A DNA stretch of 64,000 nucleotides, from NCBI GenBank assembly GCA_951406725.2, contig OX597823.1, positions 2,356,001 to 2,420,000 on the forward strand. Reading direction: 5' to 3'. A program made the translations under genes and the position numbers. Of this stretch, positions 13,440-26,238 are shown one piece after another. Source of the stretch: Octopus vulgaris (taxonomy: Eukaryota). The number at the start of each line of letters is the position of its first letter. Positions within the stretch are counted from its first letter, which is position 1. A model generated the notes under the pieces. The model worked only from the letters and a program-made list of their open reading frames with translations, was not told the DNA's origin and searched no databases.

Positions 13440-13902
13440 GCCAGTGGCGCGTAAAAACCACCATTTGAGCATGATCGTTGCCAGCGTCGCCTTACTGACA
13501 CATGTGCCAGTGGTATGTGAAAAATAAACATTCGAGCGTGGTTGTTGCCAGTGCCGCCTGACTGGCTCCTGTGCAGGTAGCACGTAAAAAACACCTTTTG
13601 AGCGTGGTCGTTGCCAGTGCCGCCTGACTGGCTCCTGTGCAGGTAGCACGTAAAAAACACCTTTTGAGCGTGGTCGTTGCCAGAACTGCCTGACTGGCCC
13701 TCATGCTGGTGGCACATAAAAAGCACCCACTACACTCTTGGAGTGGTTGGCATTAGGAAGGGCATCCAGCTGTAGAAACACTGCCAGATCAGACTGGAGC
13801 CTGGTGCAGCCTTTTGGCTTGCCAGTCCTCAGACAAACCATCCAACTCATGCCAGCATGGAAAGCGGATGTTAAACAACGACGATGATGATGATGATGAT
13901 GA
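13440..13902 (+). mobile_element. RTE LINE 3' UTR/tail copy with internal about 66-bp repeats and (GAT)n tail
   Basis: Homologous to the 3' UTR of the RTE at 30817-34170 (gcacccactacactc...gttaaacgatgatgat). Other copies at 14505-14765, 17685-17918, 23460-23825, 39213-39575, 41880-42230, 55445-55625, 55680-55815 and 57167-57370. Confidence 0.9.
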
Positions 13903-16900
13903 TACATCATCTCAATAGAATGCCATGTTGAGTCCCTTTCGGCTATTTCCTGCCTTCAAAGGATTAACTAATCTGGTTTTATATCCATCCCCCCCCCCAC
14001 CTGACCTACTGCAACATATTCCCTAGTCACATTCATTTATTCATATTGGGGAATTGATAACATAACACGCATACCTCTCCTTCACAGTAGTAGTAGTGGT
14101 GGTGGTGAGTATCAGGGGATTGTTCTATTCTACTTTTTCACTTTAAACACAAGTCATACTTTCACATATTTTCTAATTAACCCTTGATCACTTTTTGTGA
14201 GTTACACTTTGCCTGGACAAATTGAGTTCTCAATTGTTGTCACTATCACATGCACAGACTGTATGTGGAAGCTATGTATGTGTGTATATGTGTATATATA
14301 TAAGATACATATATAACCATGGTATAACCGCTAATAAAAATAACAAGGTAAAAGTTTTTATTTTTCATTTACTTCGGAAATTGCTATTAAACCGTGGTTT
14401 TGGCCGTGTTGGCTGCTATTTCTAGCATGTAAAAATTACCTGTTAAAGGTTAGTTTTCTTTTGTGTTTAAATGTACACTATTTTGAAATGTGTATGTATG
14501 TATGGCTGGCTTCCGTGCCGGTGGCACGTTAAAAGCACCAACCAATCGTGGCCAATGCCAGGCTCCCCTGGCACCTGTGCAGGTGGCACGTAAAAAGCAC
14601 CCACTACACTCACGGAGTGGTTGGCATTAGGAAGGGCATCCAGCTGTAGAAACACTGACAGATCAGACTGGAGCCTGGTGCGGCCTCCTGGCTTCCCAGA
14701 CCCCGGTCGAACCGTCCAACCCGTGCTAGCATGGAAAACGGACGTTAAACGATGATGATGATGATGTATATATATATAATGTGTGTGTGTGTGTTTGTAT
14801 ATGTAATCAATTCAACACTTCAATATTGATAAATCGATTCTTTGAAGCAATGTTTATTTAGTGTCAGAAAAAGAGTGAGGTTGGATTAAACTGACAGAGA
14901 AGCTCCTCTTCCTTCTCCTCTCCCACTGCTTTCATCTCAAAATAACTTCTCGCTGTCACCAGTCAATCCTGGAGGTGACAACTTAAGACTACATTAATAA
15001 GGTAGATCTCGTCCTAACACTTAATCCAGATAAGGATTAATGGAACAAGGAAAACTTAATCAAGAGAGATGTCTTTGTAGAATGCTTTGTAGCTTATCAG
15101 TAGCCACTTAGTGCTGTTAGGTTTTGTCTCTTGTCAGGAATCCAGGCCATTGAGTGAGACAAACTGTCTACCATACACCACCCCACCACCACCACACATA
15201 CGTCGTCGGGGTAAACAGAAAGACAGCTAAATAAATAAGGAAAGCAAAGCGTTGGGGGATATTTGCTCAACTATTTTCTTAATCATCACAAAGGAAATAA
15301 TTAAAATGGTGGTGGAGGAGGATTGAGTCAGCGAGAGACAGAAAAATAGTATTTTTCACTCCAATATTCTACTTACATTTACTTGTATTTAAGGTGGTGA
15401 GCTGGCAGACACGTTAGCACGCTAGACAAAATGCTTAGCAGTATTTCGTTCATTGTTACGTTCTGAGTTGAAATTCCCACCGAGGTCGACTTTGCCTTTC
15501 ATCCTTTCGGGGTCGATTAAATACGTACCAGTTACACACTGGGGTTGATGTAATCGTCTTAATCCCTTTGTCTGTCCTTGTTTGTCCCCTCTATGTTTAG
15601 CCCCCTGTGGATAATAAAACAATAAATATTTTACTTGTATTTTATAATTATGAGAAAGAAAGTGTATATATGCATGTGTTTGTGTGTGTATGCATGTTTG
15701 TATGTGTGTGTGTATGCATGTGTTTGTGTGTGTGTGTGTTGCTCCTTGTTATGGTTGTGGAGACGAGTGTTACCATCTGAAGTGATGTCACTCATTTGCA
15801 ATCTTCCATGAAATGCATCTCTGGTCATGGAGGGAAATATTAACTTCCTTGGAAACTGGTGGGTGGGGAGGAGGGCTGGTGGCAGGAAAGGCATCCTGCC
15901 TTGGGGTGGGTGGGGGAGAAAAGAAGCTGATTAGATAATGCACAAACACTACACCTGGTATGGCTCTATACACCCTTTCCTCATCATTTAGCATCTGCTT
16001 CCCATGATGGCATGGCTTGGATGGTTCAACAGAAAACCAGCAAGCTGGAGAGCTGCGCCAGGTTCCAGTTTGATTTGGCAGGGTTTCTATGGCTTGATGC
16101 CCTTCCACACCAAGGGTGTAATGGGTGTTTTTTACGTGGCACCAGCATCAGCCATAACTATGATTTCCCTTGGCTTGACCAGTCTTCTCAAGCCAAACGT
16201 GTCGGTCACTCGTCACCTCTTTTCCTCTTCATTTCTCTGTTTCTTTTATGTTGTTTTTCTGTGGATTCTGCCCATGCTTCCAGCTTTCATTGCTCTCTTT
16301 CTTTACTTCACTTATGCATCTGCTCTCTGGCCCTTCTTTGAACCTTTACTAACAAGTTGTTGTGCATCTGAACACTATACAATGAGCTCATTATATGTGT
16401 GTGTGTGTGTGTGTGTGTGCCGTATGTTAAAAGCTCTGGTGCTTGTGCTACGTAAAATGCACACAGAACACCCTGTAAAGTAGTTGGCATTAGGACAGGC
16501 ATCCAGGTGTAGAAACCCTGCTAAAACAGACGAAGGAGCCGTGTGTGGCCCCTGGCCTTACCAGCTCCTGTCAAACTGTCCAACCCATGCCATGGAAAGC
16601 ACACATTAAAGGATCATGATGATGATATATGTAATTGGCTTGGTAGATTCTTGATATGAATTCAGGTGTTGAAACGTTGCTGTATTTGGGGTGAGTTATT
16701 ATTCTTTTATTCTTTTGCTTGTTTCAGTCATTTGACTGCAGCCATGCTGGAGCACTGCCTTAAAATTATGATAATAAACACACATTTTCTATTTCACTTC
16801 TATATTTTTTTTTGTTTATTGGTTAACTAATCAATTTATTTTTGACTGACCAGATGATTAATCAAATATCTGATTAGTTAACCAGTTGACAAACGAAAAA

Positions 16901-19516
16901 ATAAAGTGACAGTGTGTGTGTCTATTGACATAATGATCCTCCCAAAATACAACCATACGTTACATATATGTTATATTATACCTTGATACTGTGTGGACTA
17001 AGATCCCCGTTGACAGGCTGCTGGTATTTATAGAGTTATGCAAATTAGGGACTCCTTCACAGAGTAACTGCTGCATTTGTTGAATATATAAACAGTTTGG
17101 CTGCTTGTTTCTCTGGAGACTGTCAGAATGATGTAGACGCCTCTGATGAGAACCCAATAAGGTTTGAAAATAAATTAAAGTTGTTCATTGTTTTTTTCAG
17201 TCTGCAGAGAAATGGCTAAAAACTTGCCCTGTTTATAAATTATACCATATGTTACATAAATATATATACATATACACACACACATGCCGCTAAAGAGACT
17301 GGATGGTCAAGGGTGGAATCCCTTTGATTATAGATCTGCTAATTTGAGCCTGACCTGGGTGGGGGAAATTTTAGAATTAATACCCAAGGAAAATTACATC
17401 CATTTTTATGTTCTGTTGAGAATTTTGTAATATGGGAAAGGATACATGAATAGTATGAAAGAAATAAGTTAAGCGCTTTCAACCAGGAATTGAAAGTGTG
17501 TCACGGACTTAACTAAGAACCCATTATACCACACTCTCCACAATGTACCTGACCCAGTACAATGATTTCACAATGCACCAGAATGACACATTCGATGAGT
17601 CATTGAACACAATCATAGCAATATTTCTCACCAAGTTATGATAAAAAAAGATATTGTATTCAGTTAAAATTATATTCATAATTAATGCACCAATCCGATC
17701 ATGGCCGTTGCCAGCCTCGCCTGGCACCTGTGCAGGTGGCACGTAAAAAGCACCCACTACACTCACGGAGTGGTTGGCGTTAGGAAGGGCATCCAGCTGT
17801 AGAAACATTGCCAGATCAGACTGGAGCCTGGTGCAGCCTTCTGGCTTCCCAGATCCCCGGTCGAACCATCCAACCCATGCTAGCATGGAGAACGGACGTT
17901 AAACGATGATGATGATGAAGTCTAATAATTAAGAAGATCAATTTCTTCTATTCTGTACAAATGAATGTGTTAGTCATGGGACACCAACACAATTTTTGCT
18001 GGAGAATTAAAAAGAATCAAGGCATTTTACCAATAGTAACTGTTGTCATATGTAGCTGTGCAAAGACAAAATAGGAACCCAGTTTCATTCCAGAAGTCCT
18101 GTTGTGTAAAAACTACGATAAGCATTCCATTTGCAGTCTAATGGTATCATTTGGGTAGTCTTTCAGTAAAACTTACTACAAATGTCTAGAACCCTTCCAC
18201 TGCAACATTCTTCTTCCAAAATTACTAAAGAGATCCATTTGGGTTTCTTTCACTGACAAAGATTGATACAGACATCAGAGTTTGTCATTCTCTGCCTTCC
18301 TGTATGGCCCCTGTTATTACATTACAGAAAAATAGATTATGCACCTATAAGAAAGAAGAGATACGCTTTGGGGCTAATCTATTGATCAATGGGAAACCTA
18401 GGTACATTTAGCATTTCGATTTTTCTTAAGTTGCCAAATTGCAGTCTTCAATCAGGTGTCAGAATATCAAAATATCTCCTCAATTCGTCAAGGAAGGTCA
18501 AAAATGGATTTGTGTCAAAATTTTAGTTTTAAAAAAAGTATGTACCACTTTTCCCCCAAAAAGTCAAAATCATTTCTAAAAGTCTGCATAAAGGCCTTTT
18601 TTTTTTTTGCCCATTGTAAGGGGTTTAAGTGAGGATGATCCAGCAAGGGTGTTTCTGATGATGTATCTGCTTATTCTGGAATGACCTAGGGCTGAAAACC
18701 ATTCTTTAATGTTGTAAGACATTAATGGTTGGTGGCTTGTTTCATAAAATAAATTAGATTCCTTCATTAGTTAACGAAGCAGAACTCATTTGAAGACACT
18801 GAAACTAGTTTTGACAGTGCATTCATATATATTTGGTGTGTATGTATCTCTATACACAGAACACTAATGTGTGTGTGTGTATACAGACCATTTAGTGTGT
18901 ATATATGTGTCTATATAGACTGAACAGATTTAACGACTATAAATTTGATTTATTCGTCTCCAAAGACATGTTCGTTCATGTTTAAAGACTTCGTTTAATA
19001 ACCATAGCAACCACTCAAAACACGTTGGCAGTAATAACCCCCACCTGAACGAAAAGGAGCAACAATTAGTCCTCTTGATTTACAACTTTTACCAAATGAC
19101 TTCAAAGTGGGACACACAAACGGAAATGTCCTTTACAGTTACCAGAAGACGAGGGAGTGAAGAAGGAGTCAGAGCTGAGCCCAATATGATGAGGTGTCTG
19201 TTTAATGGCATGGAATCCTCTGGTGGGAATTCTTCTGTAATATCTTACTGGGCTGGACCTTACATGACCTACTCATCTACTCACAGTTCACATGAGCTGC
19301 TCATTGAATCAGTAATTTCGCTCACTACTTCATCAACAATTACCAAAATCAAATCCTTATTGTCTTCAAGGCTTTTTAAATTCTTATTCTTGGTTGGGTC
19401 ACCACGACACTGACCAACAGGTCAGTAGTTCATACCCTATCAAAGCCACAATTAGAGTTTCCTTTGGCTGGCACATTTAACAGCAATGCTTGTAGCATTG
19501 TGAAGTTAGTGTTTAA

Positions 19517-19705
19517 CCCTTTCATTACCCACCCGGCTCTGAGTACAAATGTCTTGTTTCCATAAGTTTTCAATTAAAACCTTCCACCAAACCCTAGTCA
19601 CAATTTATGTTCCTAACACTAAGTTATTTTACTAAATTCTTTGTTATATTTAAAGTAATTGAAAGAAACACAGAACATCTCAAAATAAATACAATAACGA
19701 AAGGC
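19517..19705. mobile_element. piggyBac-like MITE
   Basis: TTAA on both sides (19513-19516, 19706-19709). Terminal inverted repeats CCCTTTCATTA / TAACGAAAGGC. A related decayed copy lies at about 12690-12860. Confidence 0.7.
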
Positions 19706-19979
19706 TTAATTAAATGTTGTAGACCAGCATTCTGTCTACTAAGTGTATCTCTATGAATTTTCTATAGAATTTAGCGCCAGCACTGACAATTCCTACATTT
19801 CGTATACGAATACATCTACATAACAATGCAACCACAGACAGGACAATAGGTGATGGCTGTATATCTGAGAGGTTCTTGTTCTTTCTAAGGCACCGCATCC
19901 AACCTATCAACAAACATTGCTTCAAGAGTCAATAAGTTTGCATAGACGTATTCATATACAAAACATCATAACTTTCAAC

Positions 19980-20372
19980 GCAGGAGTGGCTGTGTGGTAA
20001 GTAGCTTCCTTACCAACCACATGGTTCCGGGTTCAGTCCCACTGCATGACACCTTGGGCAAGTGTCTTCTACTATAGCCTCGGGCCAACCAAAGCCTTGT
20101 GAATGGATTTGGTAGACGGAAACTGAAAGAAGCCTGTCACATATATATATATGTGTGTGTGTGTGTGTGTATGTGTTGGTCCCTTCACCATCGCTTGACA
20201 ATTGATGTTGGTGCGTTTACGTCCCCGTAACTTAAAACTTCAGCAAAAGAGACCGATAGAATAAGTACTAGGCTTACAAAGAATAAGTCCTGGCTTTAAT
20301 TTGTTCAACTAAAGGTGGTGCTCCAGCATGACCACAGTCAAATGACTGAAACAAATAAAAGAGTAAAAAGAA
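19980..20372 (+). mobile_element. tRNA-derived SINE family B (CORE-like)
   Basis: A-box tggctgtgtggtaag, B-box gggttcagtccc, CORE-like accttgggcaagtgtct, internal (AT)/(GT) tract and (AAAGAGT) tail. Copies at 21800-22200 -, 22785-23120 +, 42565-42910 +, 43740-44080 +, 52620-52970 +, 55015-55430 - and 55835-56230 -. Confidence 0.9.
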
Positions 20373-21799
20373 AGATAACTTGATTGAATTTCACTGCTAA
20401 CACAAAAAGTAGGGGACACATTATTGGCTCCTAAACCTTTCGTATATTTGGTAATGCATTATGGTTGCTCAACAAAATATGGTGTCCCTACCGCTTAATC
20501 CAAAGGATGGAGTCCTGCTGCTCCCTATCATTTGTAGTATTCCATTAGAATTTCATTTTAACATATGGAACATTGATTCCATCTTCCTATTACAAGGAGA
20601 ACAAAATTCTTCATTAGTATTTGTAAAATGGGATCAATCTGTGATTCACCACGGCAATGCTTAAAGCTGAAATTCATCCCCACATTTCTGGTGGAAACGG
20701 TCAGAACTATTTTCATTGATTCTTACCATTATTTGCCTGTCTCCATTCTTGACTGGAATCAGCCACTTATGTGATGAGAAGTGCTCCAGCATGGTCTTGG
20801 CTGCAATGACTTGAAAGGAAAATAAAGGATCTTTAGTTTAAGGGAATGAATAGCAAAAACCCTTTCAATGAGGGAACAGTGGGGAAAAATAAGGAGCAGG
20901 ACAGATTCACGTGTAAGAACACATTTAATAATGTAGTCCAAGATACCTTTTGACTTGGTTTGCAAGATTGTACAAAGTATTTTTATTTTAGTATAAGACC
21001 AGGCGGATTATGTGAGGCACAGAAGGCACACAACATAAGACTTGTTACAAAGAGAAAACCATTTTCGATTGGTGAATTGTTCTTATTGACCATTTACCAA
21101 AGTGCCAGAAAGATATGAATGGTAGTTCCATAGTATATGGATTTGATGATGTCAACAAATATATCGTAAGGTGTAAGGATTTGAGATAAAGTGAGTAGCA
21201 GTGATAGGAGGAATTTATATAGAGGGGACATCCAGGGTAGCACACAACAGAGTGGTAGCAACGCAGGTTCTGTAAAATAGTGTCAATACAGGAATATCCG
21301 CAGAGCAGAACCTCTTCTCACATTTCCACAATCTCTACTCTCTCTCTCTGCTATTGAGTACGTCTTCTGGTCGAAAAGGCTAAAGACATTCACTCTATGC
21401 AATCTTACAATCGACTGATGTGGTGAGAATAAAGCAGCAAATAGTCCACTCGTGTGCCACCTTTGTCCAGCGCTTACTCGTGGCCGAAATAACACAATGA
21501 CACTTGCAGACGAAAGGGTGAGTGCTTTTTTTTTTTGTAAATTTATTGCCGTATTTACAATTATGCCATGGAATTCAGGTGACTTTTTCATGCCCCACCC
21601 TGGTGTAGTCTTCAAATTCAGGGGAACAAATTCCATTTTAGCTACAGTTGAACAGTAGCCAAGCCGTAAAATAGTTTTTCATACACACCACCACCACCAC
21701 CACTGCCAAAAAAAAAAATTTTTTTAAATGAGAGACCAATTCCGATGTCATTTGAAACCTTTTGTTGCCATTTTCCTGTTGAAATACGTGGTCGTTGTT

Positions 21800-22202
21800 A
21801 CTCTTTTATTCTTTTACTTGTTTCAATCATTTGACTGTGGCCATGCTGGAGCACCGCGTTTAGTCGAGCAAATCAACCCCAGGACTTATTCTTTGTAAGC
21901 CTTGTACTTATTCTATCGGTCTCTTTTGCCAAACCGCTAGGTTATGGGGACATAAACACACCAACATCGGTTGTCAAGTGATGTGGGGACAAACACAGAT
22001 ATACAAACATACACACACATATATATATACATATATATGATGGGCTTCTTTCAGTTTCCATCTACCAAATCCACTCATCAGGCCTTGGTCAGCCCGAGGC
22101 TATAGTAGAAGATACTTGCCCAAGGTGCCATGCAGTGGGACGGAACCCGGAACCATGTGGTTGGTAAGCAAGCTACTTACCACACAGCCACTCCTACGCC
22201 TA
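21800..22202 (-). mobile_element. tRNA-derived SINE family B, full length
   Basis: Reverse-complement homology to 19980-20372 over its whole length. Confidence 0.9.
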
Positions 22203-22204
22203 TA

Positions 22205-22233
22205 AAAAATATGGAACGCTTCATGAATTTGCG
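22205..22233 (-). pseudogene. U6 snRNA 3'-terminal fragment
   Basis: Minus strand CGCAAATTCATGAAGCGTTCCATATTTTT matches the conserved U6 3' end CGCAAATTCGTGAAGCGTTCCATATTTTT with one mismatch. Confidence 0.85.
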
Positions 22234-23158
22234 CAGGATATTTAACTATGAATTTAGTAAAATAACCCAAGTCAAACAAACAATTGATTAGTTGTATAAT
22301 TAACGAGTTGACTTATAATAAAGAAGTGGAGTTGAACCAGTGCCTGTGTTAATAATATTGGCACAGTGGCCCTCCTTAGACAACAAAATGTCATTAGCAT
22401 TGAAGATGGCCATATCTGGCCCAGATATTCTGTTTTTTGTTCAAAGCAGCCAGATCTGGTCTCTCACACCTACCCTACAATGCCATCTTAAAAATAAAGT
22501 TACATCATCGAAATCTCAAAGCTGTGAGATAATTGCATGATTAATTAAAAACAATATGAATATATAATAAGCATTCCACTTAACAGAGTAATCGGAGTTG
22601 TAAAGGGTCAAATTGAGGTTTAGAAATAAATTAACCTGGAATCTTGATGGAAGATTTTAATTTGGATCCCTTAAAATGCAGGAAGTCTGCATCATAGAAC
22701 CAGGAGGGACCTTGTGTTGAGTGAGTAGCCCTCCAAGGCAGTATCAGGCTGTTCCAAGGAATAAGGTTAATGAATCTTTTGAATTTTGGGTTCAGTCCCA
22801 CAGAGTGGCACCTTGGACAAGTGTCTTCTACTATTAGCCTTGGGCTGACCAAAGCCTTATGAGTAGATTTGGTAGACGGAAACTAAAAGAAGCCCGTCAT
22901 ATATATCTGTGTGTCTGTCCCACCACCACCACCACTTGATAACCAGTGTTGGCATGTTTATGTCCTGTAACTTAGCAATTCAGCAAAAGATACCAATAGA
23001 ATAAGTATCAGGCTTATATACATATTTAAAAAAAGAAAAGAGCACTGGAATTGGTTCATTCATCTAAAAGCTCTAGGCAGTGCTCCAGCATGGCCACAGT
23101 TTAATAACTGAAACCAGTGAAAGCAACAAAAAAAAAAAAGGGTTCGGCTGAAAAGAAG

Positions 23159-23985
23159 GCATTATTTACATTTGATGGATATTTGTCCTCATCTTGTTTG
23201 TTGTTAACACAACGTTTCAGCTGATATACTCTCCAGCCTTCATCAGGTGTCTTGGGGAAATTTCGAACCTGGGTTCTCATTCCTAAAGTATTTTTCTGGG
23301 GTTAGTAGCCTGTGCTCTTAACCCCAAGATTCCAAGTTCGATTCCAGGCAGTGACCTGAATAATAATAATATAGAGAAATACCTTAGGAATGAGAACCCA
23401 GTTTCAAAATTTCCCCAAGACACCTGATGAAGGCTGGAGGGTATACCAGCTGAAACGTTATCATCATCATCGTTTAACATCCGCCTTCTATGCTAGCATG
23501 GGTTGGACGGTTTGACTGAGGGCTGGCGAACCAGATGGCTGCACCAGGCTCCAATCTCTTGATCTGGTAGAGTTTCTACAACTGGATGCCCTTCCTAATG
23601 CCAACCACTCCAAGAGTGTAGTGGGTACATTTTATGTGCCAGCAGCACGGGGGCCAGTCAGACGGTACTGGCAATGACCTCGCTCGAATCTTTTACACAT
23701 GCCACCGGCACAGGTGCCAGTAAGCTGATGCTGGTAATGATCACACTCGAATGGTGCCCTTTTACGTGCCACTGGCATGGAGGCCAGATAGCCGCTCTGG
23801 CAACGATCATGCTCGGATGGTACTCTTAATAAATATTGAAAAATACCTTAGGAATGAGAACCCAGTTTCAAAATTTCCCCCAAGACACCTGATGAAGGTT
23901 GGAGGGTATATCAGTTGAAACGTGTTAACAACAAACAAGATGAGGACAAATGTCCATAATTGCTCATCCCTCAAATCTAGGACTG
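23159..23985 (+). mobile_element. tRNA-headed hammerhead-bearing non-autonomous element (family H1) with inverted 5' arm, interrupted by an RTE tail
   Basis: Inverted arm 23160-23296; tRNA-like head with GTTCGATTCC at 23336-23345; (AAT)n; body 23378-23459 repeated at 23840-23985. Direct repeat CTGAAAAGAAG at 23148-23158 and 23983-23993. Confidence 0.75.
23206..23251 (-). ncRNA. Minimal type-I hammerhead ribozyme motif
   Basis: GACAC-CTGATGA-A-GGCTG-loop-CAGCT-GAAA-CG-TT-GTGTT: stem I GACAC/GTGTT, stem II GGCTG/CAGCT, palindromic ACGT stem III, GUU triplet. Further copies at 23419-23459, 23884-23926 and 41670-41712. Confidence 0.75.
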
Positions 23986-24349
23986 AAAAGAAGACAACAA
24001 ACGTGAAGACTGAGAGGAGGAAGAAGAAGAGCTGAAAGTGGATCGAGGAGGTTTGTTTATTCTCTTTGGAAATGGCAGTTCTAGAGATTTAAATGTTATA
24101 TCTTTGTTTTTCATTTTTTTTTTTAACACCAACAATGTTGACTTGAAAACCAATCTTAAAATACAATATTATTATTGAAAATAGAAATAAATATAAAATA
24201 AAAACAATCGGATAACAAAACCAGTGGAATCAGAGATTTGGAGGAAAAGAAAAAAAAAAGTTGTGATGGTTGTATTGTTTATTCCCACCACCACCACCAT
24301 CACCCGGTGGTTTTTGACCCCTCGAGAATTTACCATCACATTATTCAGA

Positions 24350-26207
24350 ATAATAATTGTTTCAAATTTTGGCACGAAAGCTAGCAATTTTAGGGGTAGG
24401 GAGTTAGTTGAAACCATCAACCCCAGTAGTTAACTGGTACTTATTCTGTCACTCCCCAAACGGATGAAAGGCAAAGTTGACCTCAGCAGGATTTGAACTC
24501 AGAATGTAAACAGTTGGAAGAAATGTAATTAAGCATTTTGTCCAGTATGCTAACGATTCTGCCAATTTGCTTTGATAAAATAATAATTATTATTTCTTAC
24601 AATATACATGCAGCTTCAAAATTGACAAATTATGTGAAGTTGTAATGTGCATGCTTCCCCCAGGGGCATCTGGTGGTTGGTTTCAATTGGGAACCAAAAC
24701 CAACCAAAAGAAAACATGTCTACAAATTTATTGATGGACACTAAATGAGCAGAAATCTTCATGAAATGTCTGCGAGTCTTTAGTCTCATCAGTCTGTGAT
24801 TGACAAAATAAGCACCAGTAATGGACCAGAAGTTAACTATATTTCCTACTCAGCAAAATTTAGCCCTATACCTTCATCAGCAACAACTAATTAATTAATC
24901 ATACCTTTCATAGGTATTAATTAACCAATTTTTGAAATTAAATCTGTGGCAAATTCTGCAATATTTTCATTCTCAAAGACAACAACAGCATAATCAGTGA
25001 AATTAATGTTCTCAGTATATAACTGGTACTTACTTCATTGACCTTGGAAATATGAAAGACAATGTCCCCTCGTGGCAAGATTGGAATTTGATATATTGAA
25101 ACTCGAAGCTAGATACAGTTCAGATACCTACTATCTCTCTTAACCCCTAAATAATAATAATAATAATAATAGTTTCAAATTTTGCCAAATGATCAGCAAT
25201 TTGGGGAGTGGGGATGAGTTGATTACATTGACCCCAGTGTTCAACTGGTACTTATTTTATTGACCCCGAGAGGATGAAAGGCAAAGTCGACCTTGGTGGA
25301 AACTGAACTTAAAAAATGTGACATGTGAAATACCTATTTCTTTACTACCCACAACGGGCTAAACACAGAGTGGACAAACAAGGACAGACACACGGATTAA
25401 GTCGATTACATCGACCCCAGTGCGTAACTGGTACTTATTTGATCAATCCCAAAAGGATGAAAGGCAAAGTTGACCTCGGCGGAATTTGAACTCAGAACAT
25501 AACGGCAGACGAAATACCGCTAAGCATTTCGCCCGATGTGCTAACGTTTCTGCCAGCTCGTCGCCTTAATAATAATAATCCTTCCTACAAGGCCTGAAAT
25601 TTTAGGGGAGGGGGCTAGTCAATTACATCGACCCCAGTGTGTAACTGGTATTTATTTCATCAACCCTGAGAGGGTGAAAGGCAGAGTTGACCTTGGAGGA
25701 ATTTGAACTCAGAATGTAAAGACAGACAAAATGCTGCTAAACATTTTGCCCAGCATGCTAACAATTCTGCCAGCTCACCACCCTAAAATATAATAATAAT
25801 AATAATCCTTTCTACTATAGGCACAAGGCCTGAAATTTTTGGAGATGGGGTAAGTCAATCACATCGCCTTCAGTACTTGATTGGGAGTTAATTTATCAAC
25901 CCTGAAAAGATGAAAGGCAAAGTCAACCTCGGTGGAATTTGAACTCAGAACGTATCAACATGAAATACCACTAAGCTTTTTGCCTGGCATGCTAATGATT
26001 CTGCCATCTCGCCACCCTAAAAAAAAATTAATAATAATAACAACGATTGCTTACATTGGCACGAGGTTACAAGGTAGAGTCAACTGTGAAGTGACCAGCA
26101 AATTTCAATGGCCCCTACCACAGATTGAACTCAGAATGTGGAAAAACTCAACTTTTTACTCTTAAGTATTTAATCCAGAACTTTAACTGTTTCTGCCACT
26201 TGCAGCC

Positions 26208-26238
<31 letters not shown>

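Larger units (their letters stand above)
19200..21450 (-). mobile_element. Highly decayed DNA transposon, possibly Academ-like (transposase, XPG-like and Cys-rich domains), interrupted by a MITE and a SINE
   Basis: Scattered minus-strand peptide remnants in the expected order: YLKSLHL/GKWSIRT (about 21060-21200), SILWIK (about 20500), IVSAGAKF (about 19775) and VKC..NSNCG..TDL..GQCRGD (about 19400-19490). Many stops and frameshifts. Confidence 0.35.

Noticed and set aside
16821-16884. 14-bp inverted repeat TGGTTAACTAATCA/TGATTAGTTAACCA
   Set aside because: Short and AT-rich with no TSD; probably a decayed MITE remnant, with insufficient support.
23297-23358. Functional tRNA gene
   Set aside because: The 5' acceptor stem is truncated and there is no terminator; it is the head of a repeat element.
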